The notes beneath the pieces were generated by a model that saw only the letters and a list, made by a program, of their open reading frames with translations, had not been told where the DNA came from and did no database searches. A DNA stretch of 12,851 nucleotides from Candidatus Muiribacteriota bacterium (GTDB lineage: Bacteria > Muiribacteriota > Muiribacteriia > Muiribacteriales > Muiribacteriaceae). Position numbers and translations under genes: made by a program. Below, one piece after another: positions 1-8,400 of this stretch; within the stretch, counting starts at the first letter, position 1, and every line of letters begins with the position of its first letter. The DNA is taken from positions 1 to 12,851 of the forward strand of contig JBNJGP010000075.1 of NCBI GenBank assembly GCA_051747805.1. The letters run 5' to 3'.

Positions 1-79
1 TCTCACGGCTTTCATCGGCTCTAATCTGCTCCTATCGGCCTGACCACTAAAGGATTTTCGGCTAAATTGAGAATTGCTG
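1..79. mobile_element. Possible right end of an insertion sequence (truncated by window edge)
   Basis: Positions 1-60 are 50% GC (30/60), against AT-rich DNA from ~80 on. Frame +2 is open to a TGA at 41-43 (LTAFIGSNLLLSA*). The segment ends ...AATTGAGAATTGCTG at 79 (reverse complement CAGCAATTCTCAATT), a CAG-type terminus resembling my recollection of some ISNCY (ISMae2-group) ends. No transposase or second IR is visible. Confidence 0.3.
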
Positions 80-117
80 TGCAAATATTGATAATTCAAG
101 TTATTAATTAATTTAAT
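67..117 (+). promoter_or_regulatory. Candidate sigma70 promoter(s) for the operon
   Basis: TTGAGA(67-72)-N17-GATAAT(90-95) and TTGATA(88-93)-N18-TTTAAT(112-117); each box is 5/6 to consensus. The AT-rich context makes chance matches possible. Confidence 0.35.
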
Positions 118-166
118 CCCACTTTTTACCGATAATCTTAAAAGAAAAGAAAATAAGAGGATATTT

Positions 167-1075
167 ATGAAAAAACTTATATTTTTATTGATGATTTTTA
201 TGTTGAATTTTATTGTTATATGTTTGCCTTTGGATGAATTAAGAGTTCTTGGATATGAAAGTTTTGAGGAAGAAAAAAAAGAGGAAAGTCTTCAAAAAGA
301 ACGTCCCGGTAGACAGTTTGAGGCTTCGCTGTACGATAGGGGAGGTTATTTATCAAACTCCGGATTGACTGGAACAATAACAATGCCTCATGCCCATATA
401 CTCAATACCGGTGAGATTGGTTTTGGTTTTTCCTACAGCTACAGAGATGGACTGGTTAATTTTAAAAATGAGGTAAAAGATGCTGCACAAACAGAAAAAA
501 CTGCTCATATATCTTATGGTTTTAATGATAATATTGAGCTGGGTTTTAATTTTTTGGATTATAGCGGTGAGATGTCAGAAAGCTCCAATCAGAATCTTAC
601 ACTCACCACTCTTAATTTAAAATATGCTTTTGTAGCTGATGGGTTAAATATTGCTTTAGGTGGACATTATACAGGGCTTACTCCTAAAGACCAGCTTATG
701 ATGACATATTCGGTACTTGAAAAAGCAAATTCAGCATTTTTTTCTATAAGCGAACAAATTTCACCTTTTTTAAAAGCAAGTTTTTGTTTGAAATCCTCTT
801 TTATCCGTTCAATCGACGATGTTTCAGGTTTTGACTCCAGCAGCGCCTCATTTACAACAACTTCCCTTGGCTTTGATTATTCTAGAATAGAGGGAGTTCA
901 CTTTCTGGCCGAATTAAAAAAAATGAATGGTGATTATGTTTTGAGCGATAACAGTTTTATTATTAATGCAGGGTTCAGGCTTAAAACAAACAAGGTAAGA
1001 ACAACACTTTTTGCAGAAAATATTATGAATTCTTCAGATAAAATATATGGTTATACAGTAAACTATAATTTTTAA
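167..1075 (+). CDS. Putative outer-membrane beta-barrel protein, YjbH-domain-like (302 aa)
   Basis: RBS AAGAGG at 155-160. Sec-type signal MKKLIFLLMIFMLNFIVIC. Motif GLTGTITMPHAHILNTGE resembles the YjbH-family N-terminal G.tGli.mPtA..l..G motif. Alternating amphipathic strands (IGFGFSYSY, ISYGFNDNIELGF, LNLKYAF, INAGFRLK). C-terminal YGYTVNYNF ends in Phe, like a BAM beta-signal. Confidence 0.75.
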   Translation: MKKLIFLLMIFMLNFIVICLPLDELRVLGYESFEEEKKEESLQKERPGRQFEASLYDRGGYLSNSGLTGTITMPHAHILNTGEIGFGFSYSYRDGLVNFKNEVKDAAQTEKTAHISYGFNDNIELGFNFLDYSGEMSESSNQNLTLTTLNLKYAFVADGLNIALGGHYTGLTPKDQLMMTYSVLEKANSAFFSISEQISPFLKASFCLKSSFIRSIDDVSGFDSSSASFTTTSLGFDYSRIEGVHFLAELKKMNGDYVLSDNSFIINAGFRLKTNKVRTTLFAENIMNSSDKIYGYTVNYNF

Positions 1076-1096
1076 TAAAATATAAGGACTTTGCCC

Positions 1097-2401
1097 ATGA
1101 AAAGAAAATTAAATAAAATATTGTTAATAACTTTGATCTCATCTTTAATTTTTTTAATAACAGGATGTAATGACGGATCATACTTAAGTCCAATAGGCAT
1201 GTCTCCATATTCGTCCGGGGAAACCGGAAGTTTACGTGGTATTGTTATAGTGCAGTCAAGACCACATTATTTTTTTGGAGAGATGGAGGAACAGGATGAG
1301 GAAACAGATGAAGGTGAGGACGAAGAAGGCAATGGCGAGGACGAAGAAGATGAAGATGGGGAAGAAGATGAAGATTTAATTGGGGATTTATTAGAACAGA
1401 TGAATCAGGCACCACAAAAATCTGCAATAATGAGAAACACCGAATATGACAGAAGAGATACTTATTTAACTCTGCCTTACTCAATAATTAGAATTGCGGG
1501 GAAAAAATATATTTTTGACCCTTCTGTTGAAGCAAGTTTTTATATTTCAGATATTCCTACAGGCTATCATACAATTACGATAGAGGCCCCAGGATATAAG
1601 AAAAAAGAAAAGGATATAAAAATTTATAATAAGGAAAATATTCTAATAATGGAATTGAAACATCCTGAAATTATTAATCCTAACTACTATCATTCTGTTA
1701 GTAATATTGATTTTTATACAGAAACACGTGAAATCGCGATATATGAGGATATCGCAGACAGTATAGAATTTGAAGGCGAGGAAAGTTTTGAAGATTCTTA
1801 TGGCAAAACCCTTACAAGTGGTGATTTAGAAAGCGTTTTTATTTCTAATAATCAAATGGCAAGATTTTCAAATGGAGAAATAAACATATTTATTGATGAT
1901 GAAATGCTTATTGAAAAAAATCTTTTAGAGTATTCTGATGATTTTGTTGAAGCACTGGGAATATGGGAAAATGCGTGTTCTTTTTTTGATTTCAAACTGG
2001 TTGATAATATAGATGACGCCCATTTTAGCGTTGAGTGGGTTGAAGACTTTGGAGAGACGGTTAAAATAGCAAATACTTTTAGAATTAATCCAGATTTTCC
2101 CGAGTTTTCATATAAACCGTTAATCAGACTTGGAATATACCTTCCAGGAACTGACAGAAAACCTGTAGAAAGGTTCAGAAAACTTATAATGCTTAAAGAA
2201 ATTGCACATGCCCTTGGTTTATGGGGGACAAGCTCCAATCCCAATGATGTATTATATGACGGGGATTCAAATATTATTATAGAGGGAGAAATTGGCCTCT
2301 CTGATGCAGATATAAACACAATGAAAATGCTTTATGATACTACTCCTAATGTAACAGAAAAAAGTTTTAATATTTACCGGGGCGGTGGAGAAGATATATG
2401 A
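1097..2401 (+). CDS. Lipoprotein with acidic loop, CarboxypepD_reg-like domain and C-terminal matrixin/M10-like metallopeptidase-fold domain (probably inactive)
   Basis: ATG at 1097 preferred over TTG at 1091 because RBS AAGGA (1084-1088) lies 8 nt upstream. Lipobox ITG-C (Cys codon 1166-1168). GSLRGIV...FYISDIPTGYHTITIEAPGY is a CarboxypepD_reg-like signature. The M10-like region has EALGIWE, F.LVDN.DDA.F.VEW, KEIAHALGLWGTS.NPNDVLY and LSDADINTMKMLY. Confidence 0.8.
   Translation: MKRKLNKILLITLISSLIFLITGCNDGSYLSPIGMSPYSSGETGSLRGIVIVQSRPHYFFGEMEEQDEETDEGEDEEGNGEDEEDEDGEEDEDLIGDLLEQMNQAPQKSAIMRNTEYDRRDTYLTLPYSIIRIAGKKYIFDPSVEASFYISDIPTGYHTITIEAPGYKKKEKDIKIYNKENILIMELKHPEIINPNYYHSVSNIDFYTETREIAIYEDIADSIEFEGEESFEDSYGKTLTSGDLESVFISNNQMARFSNGEINIFIDDEMLIEKNLLEYSDDFVEALGIWENACSFFDFKLVDNIDDAHFSVEWVEDFGETVKIANTFRINPDFPEFSYKPLIRLGIYLPGTDRKPVERFRKLIMLKEIAHALGLWGTSSNPNDVLYDGDSNIIIEGEIGLSDADINTMKMLYDTTPNVTEKSFNIYRGGGEDI
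1280..1375 (+). repeat. Low-complexity Asp/Glu tract (GAA/GAT/GAG-rich)
   Basis: EMEEQDEETDEGEDEEGNGEDEEDEDGEEDED: 24 of 32 residues are acidic. Confidence 0.9.
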
Positions 2402-3978
2402 AAAAATTAACTTTAATATTATTTACAGCCTTTTTAATAGCTTTTCTTTCAGGTTGTACAAGCTCTTCAAGTGGAAGTTTCACAGATGAATTTTTAAATG
2501 ATGCAGAATTTTCTTCTCATGCAGGTTCTGCTGTGTTCAAGGGTAATGTTACTTTTAGAGAAATACCTGTTGAGAATGCAGATGTAAGGGTTTTAAATTT
2601 AGATGGTAATATAAGATATAAAACGGAAACTGATGAAGATGGAATTTTTGTTATAAAAAATGAAATTATGGGAAAAAAACTCTCATACGCAAGATATATT
2701 ATTGAAGTTCATGCAGCCGGTTTTAACACCGAAAGAGAACAGATTGATTTAAGAATTGACAGAGAAAGAAATTTTGTTTTTGAGCTTCTAGGTAGCTTTT
2801 CGACTGGTTCATTTGAGTCTGCGGTTTCAGGTAGAACTATTGATTCATATACTTTGAATCCGGTTGAAGAAGTAGAAATCTCAATTGAAAATAAAAAAAA
2901 TCTTACCACTAGAGAGGGGGAATTTTTCATTCCTAAAAATGGAAGCGAAGTAGTGAATTTTTCAAAAGAAAACTATAAAAGTGTTGTCGCAAATTTCGAT
3001 AATGATGGCGTTTATGCAAATAATACTGTTTATATGAATCCTACCCTTGCTACAATTAATGGAGTTGTAGTTGATAAACATAATCTGAAATTTTTAGATA
3101 ATATTGTCGTTGGATTATATCAGGATGATGAGTTAATCAGTTCTACAAGAAGCAATGAAAACGGTGAATACAGATTCAGCAATATTTATTCAGGGAATTA
3201 TATGCTTAGATATGAGCATGAGGATTATCAGAATTTTGAAAAGCATATACAAGTACATGAAGTGAAAGAATATAAGATTTCTGAAATTGAAATGACAGGA
3301 AGAAAATCAAGTGTTTCAGGTAAGGTGATAGATATAAATTCAGGTAAGGGTATTGCAAATATGGCGGTAATTACTGGAGACGGAGCCCAATGCTTTACTG
3401 ACTCAAACGGTAACTATATTATTCCATCTCTAACTCCCGGTTTTTATGAATTATCTGTTGTGGCTCCTGATTTTGAGGTGCAGAAAAAGAAAGTTTATAT
3501 AGAGCCAAATAATCAGGTTACCGAAAATTTCTTTGTAAAACAACGTAATGGTAATTCGCGTGTTAACCTGGATTTTTATACCAAATATGAAGATAATATT
3601 AAAGGGATTAATTTTGATTATGTAAACGTAACATTAAGAAAATTTGAAACATATATTTATACAGATGAGGAAAATAATATCGAAGTTGAGCTTAGAGGTA
3701 ATAAAGAAGTAACTTCTTTTATTATACAGTCGGACGGGGATAATGAGGCAACGATTACTAATCTTTATTCCGGTTATTATGAATTTGAGGCTGTGGCTTT
3801 TATACCTGTTAATTCTGCGGCAGTAGATGAAAATCGACCTGCTGGATATTATGTAACTATTGCAGATTCAGATGACCCAGTATATATAGCCCCTGGAATT
3901 GAGTTATCATTATCTGCCATTATGGAGCATGAAGGAGGCGACACTGAGACTTCTGAAACCGAGGGTGAGGATGATTAA
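2398..3978 (+). CDS. Lipoprotein with ~5 carboxypeptidase-regulatory-like (transthyretin/CnaB-like) domains (526 aa)
   Basis: ATGA overlap with the upstream stop; RBS GGAG at 2387-2390. Lipobox LSG-C (2455-2457) followed by a Ser-rich tether. Repeated G.V.D...P/G+....V ... T+..G.Y.+..L..G.Y.L motifs (e.g. TRSNENGEYRFSNIYSGNYML, TDSNGNYIIPSLTPGFYEL). Acidic C-terminal tail. Confidence 0.85.
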   Translation: MKKLTLILFTAFLIAFLSGCTSSSSGSFTDEFLNDAEFSSHAGSAVFKGNVTFREIPVENADVRVLNLDGNIRYKTETDEDGIFVIKNEIMGKKLSYARYIIEVHAAGFNTEREQIDLRIDRERNFVFELLGSFSTGSFESAVSGRTIDSYTLNPVEEVEISIENKKNLTTREGEFFIPKNGSEVVNFSKENYKSVVANFDNDGVYANNTVYMNPTLATINGVVVDKHNLKFLDNIVVGLYQDDELISSTRSNENGEYRFSNIYSGNYMLRYEHEDYQNFEKHIQVHEVKEYKISEIEMTGRKSSVSGKVIDINSGKGIANMAVITGDGAQCFTDSNGNYIIPSLTPGFYELSVVAPDFEVQKKKVYIEPNNQVTENFFVKQRNGNSRVNLDFYTKYEDNIKGINFDYVNVTLRKFETYIYTDEENNIEVELRGNKEVTSFIIQSDGDNEATITNLYSGYYEFEAVAFIPVNSAAVDENRPAGYYVTIADSDDPVYIAPGIELSLSAIMEHEGGDTETSETEGEDD

Positions 3979-3979
3979 T

Positions 3980-5488
3980 ATGATGAAAAAAATAATTCTT
4001 CTTATATTTATTATAACAATGGCTTTATTTCATATATCCTGTAAAAATGATGTTGGTATTTCTGAAATGCTGAATAGGGAAAGAAGCGGTTTCAACGGTT
4101 ACGTTTTTTTTAAAAGCCAGGGAGAGGAAGTTCCAATACTGGGAGCAGAGGTGATATTAAGCACAAATACATTTTCTACCTCTGTTTTTACAGATAAAAA
4201 TGGTTATTTTCAATTTGATAAAAATGTTTTAGATAATAGAAAATATATTTTAAAAATTTCAACAGATTATTTTTCTGATTATATTGAAGAAATAGATTTC
4301 AGTGATGAAAGTAATGGTTTTGAAACCGATAAATATTATATTCAGCAGAGAGATTTTGATTTTAATAATTCTGCGTATATTGGAAAAATTGTAGTTAATA
4401 ATAAACCAGTTAAAAATCTTCCGGTAAGAATTGGTGTTGTAGAAACCACAACAGATGAAAATGGTTTTTTTGTGTTTAATAATTTAAAAAGAGGAAACTA
4501 TCTAATACAGACAATGAAATCCGATTTTGTAAATGTTTCCCGCCGAATAAATATAGAAAAAAATTATATTCATTTAAACAATATTTTAGAATTATCCCGT
4601 CAGACAATAAACTTAAGCGGGAAAGTACTTAATAAATCAACAAGCGAAGTTTTAGAAAATGTTGAAATAGAAGTTTCTTTAAACAATGAATATTATTATT
4701 TTAATGAAAGAATCTATACTGACAGTGAAGGTGAATTTACATTAGAAAATTTAATTGAGGGTGAGTATATTTTCACTTTTGAAAAAGAGGGATACTATAT
4801 AAAATCGCTCAGATTGAATATTTCATCTGAAAGAGAAAGAAATCAATTAAACGGTGTTCAAATGGAAGAAGGAGATTCTAAGCTCATAATGGTTGTCAAA
4901 GATAAAGCTTCGGATAAACCTGTAAGTGGAATCGAACTTGAAGTTGAAGGATATTCCGGTAGTTATATTTCAGATAGTTCCGGGGTATTTACCGTGTATG
5001 GTCTTGCTAAGGGAAGTTATAATATGAAGTTATCATCGGATTTATATAATGATATGGAACATTCAATTAATATAAGTGAAGATGTTCACAATAAAGAAAT
5101 ATATATGGTTTCAAAAGTTAATATTGCACAGCTCAGGGGAAAAATATTTTTAGAAGATGGTTCAAACCTTGTCAGACTGCCGATAAGTTCAAGTGAAAAA
5201 GAACTTGATAATTTCGAGTTAATGATAAGAACAGAAGATTATACAAAAATTGTTCCTCACACTCCCACAAGAGGACAGCTTTCAAATGAGTATGTATATG
5301 ATAACCTTCCCTCGGGAAACTATGATTTTCTTCCGCTTGTTGTTGTTGATGAGGATTTAAAAAATAATCTTGAACCCTCGGATTTAATTTCTGGCGGCAT
5401 TTATGGTCTTGACGAAAGTTCAAGAATAAAAATAAATACAGGCGAAGAAATTGAGTACGATATAATTCTCAAAAAACAGGGGTTTTAA
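3980..5488 (+). CDS. Lipoprotein with ~5 carboxypeptidase-regulatory-like domains (~502 aa)
   Basis: Start reassigned from 3899 to ATG 3980 (3971 or 3983 also possible), with RBS GAGG at 3967-3970. This gives MMKKIILLIFIITMALFHIS-C (Cys 4040-4042; slightly atypical lipobox). Repeats: TDKNGYFQF, TTDENGFFVFNNLKRGNYLI, TDSEGEFTLENLIEGEYIF, SDSSGVFTVYGLAKGSYNM, YVYDNLPSGNYDF. Confidence 0.85.
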   Translation: MMKKIILLIFIITMALFHISCKNDVGISEMLNRERSGFNGYVFFKSQGEEVPILGAEVILSTNTFSTSVFTDKNGYFQFDKNVLDNRKYILKISTDYFSDYIEEIDFSDESNGFETDKYYIQQRDFDFNNSAYIGKIVVNNKPVKNLPVRIGVVETTTDENGFFVFNNLKRGNYLIQTMKSDFVNVSRRINIEKNYIHLNNILELSRQTINLSGKVLNKSTSEVLENVEIEVSLNNEYYYFNERIYTDSEGEFTLENLIEGEYIFTFEKEGYYIKSLRLNISSERERNQLNGVQMEEGDSKLIMVVKDKASDKPVSGIELEVEGYSGSYISDSSGVFTVYGLAKGSYNMKLSSDLYNDMEHSINISEDVHNKEIYMVSKVNIAQLRGKIFLEDGSNLVRLPISSSEKELDNFELMIRTEDYTKIVPHTPTRGQLSNEYVYDNLPSGNYDFLPLVVVDEDLKNNLEPSDLISGGIYGLDESSRIKINTGEEIEYDIILKKQGF

Positions 5489-5491
5489 AAT

Positions 5492-8400
5492 ATGAAAAAA
5501 TTAAAATTAATTTTTATATCTATTATTATTTTTAGCAGTTTTATAAAAATTTATTCAAGTGTTCCGGCTGGACCATTAATTTATGGTATTGATGGCGAAG
5601 AAATGGCTCCGCAATATGCTGTTTCCCCATATGATGACGAAGGCACAAATGATGGAAAATCTGGACGTGGACTTGTTTACGCTTATTCAGACGGCTCAAA
5701 ATATACAAATGATAGATTTCTAACTGTTTCCTATTATCATCCTGACGCCCAGGATGGCATGATAGTTTATTTTCTTAGAAGTGAGGGCGAAGATCCTATA
5801 AGAGAATTTGTATATAATGGTGGTGGTAATAACTATGCAGGGACAGATGGTTTTTTAGCCGATGTTGACTCTGGTTCAGAAACTGATGTTATTGTTCAAT
5901 ATCTGGTTGAAGAAATAGGAGATGATGGTGAGCTGGAAAGAGAAGTTGTAATGACAGTTTCAGAGACAATTATTTTTGATAATGACCCGCCGGAATTCGT
6001 TGACCTGGATACAGGAAAAGATGATCATGAAGATGTGAAAATTTATGAGCCGGTAGAATTGATTTTTAATGAAGATATTCTTTTTGAAGTTTATCATCCT
6101 AATTATTATGACCCTGATGAGGAGTTGCTTGAAACCCAATGGGATATAAGAACCGACCTTGATAAAAGTTCAGCAAGCCATAATTGGGAATATGTGCAGC
6201 TTGACCCCGACGGACTTGAAATTGATTATGATGATCCTTCAATATTAATTTTTAATCATTCACACCACTGGTTTAGACCAAAAAGCAATTATCATTTAAG
6301 AATTGACAAAGTTTGGGATAAAGCCGGTAATGAACTTTCAGATCATCAGGTTGATGTGATTAATGAATTGTTTTTTTCTACAGACAGCACCCCGACGCAG
6401 ACAACTAATGACGGTCCTGGAATATTTCCCGGGGATGGGAATACAAATATTTCAATAGAGCCTATAATTAAAGTTACATTTGATGAAAGAATAGATGAAC
6501 TTTCTTTTATAAATGCTTTCAGTATTACTCCAAAAGTCGAGGGATATTTTAACTTTATATATGAAAGAGACAGAGATATTCATACCGCCTTCTTTTTTCC
6601 TGATGAAAAACTCAGGTACTCACAGGAATATATAATTTCAATTAATAAAAATTTAAGAGATGTTGCGGGTATTAACTTTGAGGGTACAAGCTGGAGTTTT
6701 ACCACTCAAGTTGATGATGTTCCTCCTCAGATTATTGAGAAATACCCAGTTGAAGGACAGGTTGGACTTCCACCAGACTCTGAAATTTATATTCAGTTTA
6801 ATGAACCAATGCTTAAAAACAGTTTAAATAACACAAATATTAAACTCTTTGACGGTGATGATGAAGTTGCTGTTATTTTTGACTATGATGAAAGTAACTC
6901 CAGATTGTATTTAAAACCAGTAAATCCTCTTTTTTATTCAAGAGTATATAAAGTTAAAGTAACTACAGCAGTAAAAGATATAGCGGGAAATAATCTTGAA
7001 AATCCAGTTACCTGGAATTTTTCAACAATTTCTGAGAATGCTGAAAATCCAGAAGTTTCAAATGTAAATTTTTTGCTGCAGAATGAAACAGATTATTCAT
7101 TTGGAACAATAGAAATTACTTTTTCTAAAGATATGAATTTAGAAGATGTATTAAATCCCGATAATTATGTTTTAAATGATGAAATTTTTGATGTGCCTAT
7201 TATGATAATGCAAAAAGATGACAGTAATTACAGGGATTTTAAAATAACAACCAGGAGATTTGACAGGCCGGAAAGTTATTATCCAGAATATGATCCGGGT
7301 GATAATGAAAATGATTACAGCGGAGTTTTTCATTTTGACAGAAATTATCGATTAAGTATTAAACCTCATGTAAAAGATAGCGGTGGGATAAATCTGATAA
7401 GTGCCTTTAATAAAACAATGCGTTCAACTGATACAATTGAACCTTATGTTAAAAATACATATCCAGCCGATAAAGGGGAAATTTATCCATATCAGAATAT
7501 TAACACATTAAAAATTTATTTTAATGAAGACGTTAATTTAAAAAGTGATAATATTTCACATGGATATAATGCTATACCAGTAGATTCTGCCGGCGAAAAA
7601 CCAGTTTATATTGAATATTCAGGTCCAAATTCTCTGCCTGATAATTTAGATGGTTTTTATGTAAATGAAAAGGAAGATAATATTGATTTAAATAATAATG
7701 GCGAGAAAAAAGATTTTATTCTTGAAATTTATAATGAAGATGAGGGAGAGAGACAGCCTCTTCCTGCTGGTAACTATACAGTTTTTGTGAAGGATGAAGT
7801 ATCAGGTATTCAAATTAAAGATGAGGCAGATAATCTATTAAATGAAGATTATGAGTTTGAATTTGAAATTTTAGCTGATACTAATGGTCCAACAGTTGAT
7901 AGTATTTCAGTTGATTCAATGTATAACGAGGGATATCCAGTTGATTTAAGTATTATGACTGAGTTTTCTAAACCTTTAAATAAACTCAATTTAAGTAGTG
8001 AAGCCTTTAAAATCGAATATGATTTAACAGGAAATGGTATTAATGATGGCACAGTAGAAACAGATGTTTATTATTACAGCGAATATGTAAATGGTTATTA
8101 TAAATATATGGTAGAAGTTGTTCCAAGAAATCTTCTTCCAAAAGGTGCTGATTGTAAGTTAATTATTAAAGCAGATAAATCGATTTTACAGGATGAATCA
8201 GAAAACCCAATATATGCAACTTCTTCTAATCCTGAGGGAAATGATTATTCCTACTCTTTTAATACCTCAGAAAAACCTGTTGTATTAGAGCATTTTCCAA
8301 AAGCTAATGAAGAGTTTGTTTCTATTGATTCATATATCCTTTTTAAATTTTCAGAGGATATGAAACCCGATTCAATTAATTTTATGTCGATTGCCGTTAA

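Noticed and set aside
167..226. Cys19 of gene 1 as a lipoprotein lipidation site
   Set aside because: IVI-C lacks the small G/A/S residue at -1 required for a lipobox; SPase I cleavage is more likely.
2195..2257. Annotating gene 2 as an active zinc metalloprotease, or as a pseudogene
   Set aside because: Two of three Zn-ligand His residues and the Met-turn Met are substituted, so activity is doubtful. The ORF is intact with signal peptide and coupling, so it is not a pseudogene.
3899..3979. ORF-track start of gene 4 at TTG 3899
   Set aside because: It overlaps gene 3 by 80 nt and buries the signal peptide. ATG 3980 has an RBS and gives a normal lipoprotein signal.
1166..4060. Bacteroidota-type lipoprotein export signal after the lipidated Cys (CNDGS, CTSSS, CKNDV)
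   Set aside because: There is only one acidic residue near each Cys at best. This does not match the K-(D/E)2-type consensus well enough to infer surface exposure.
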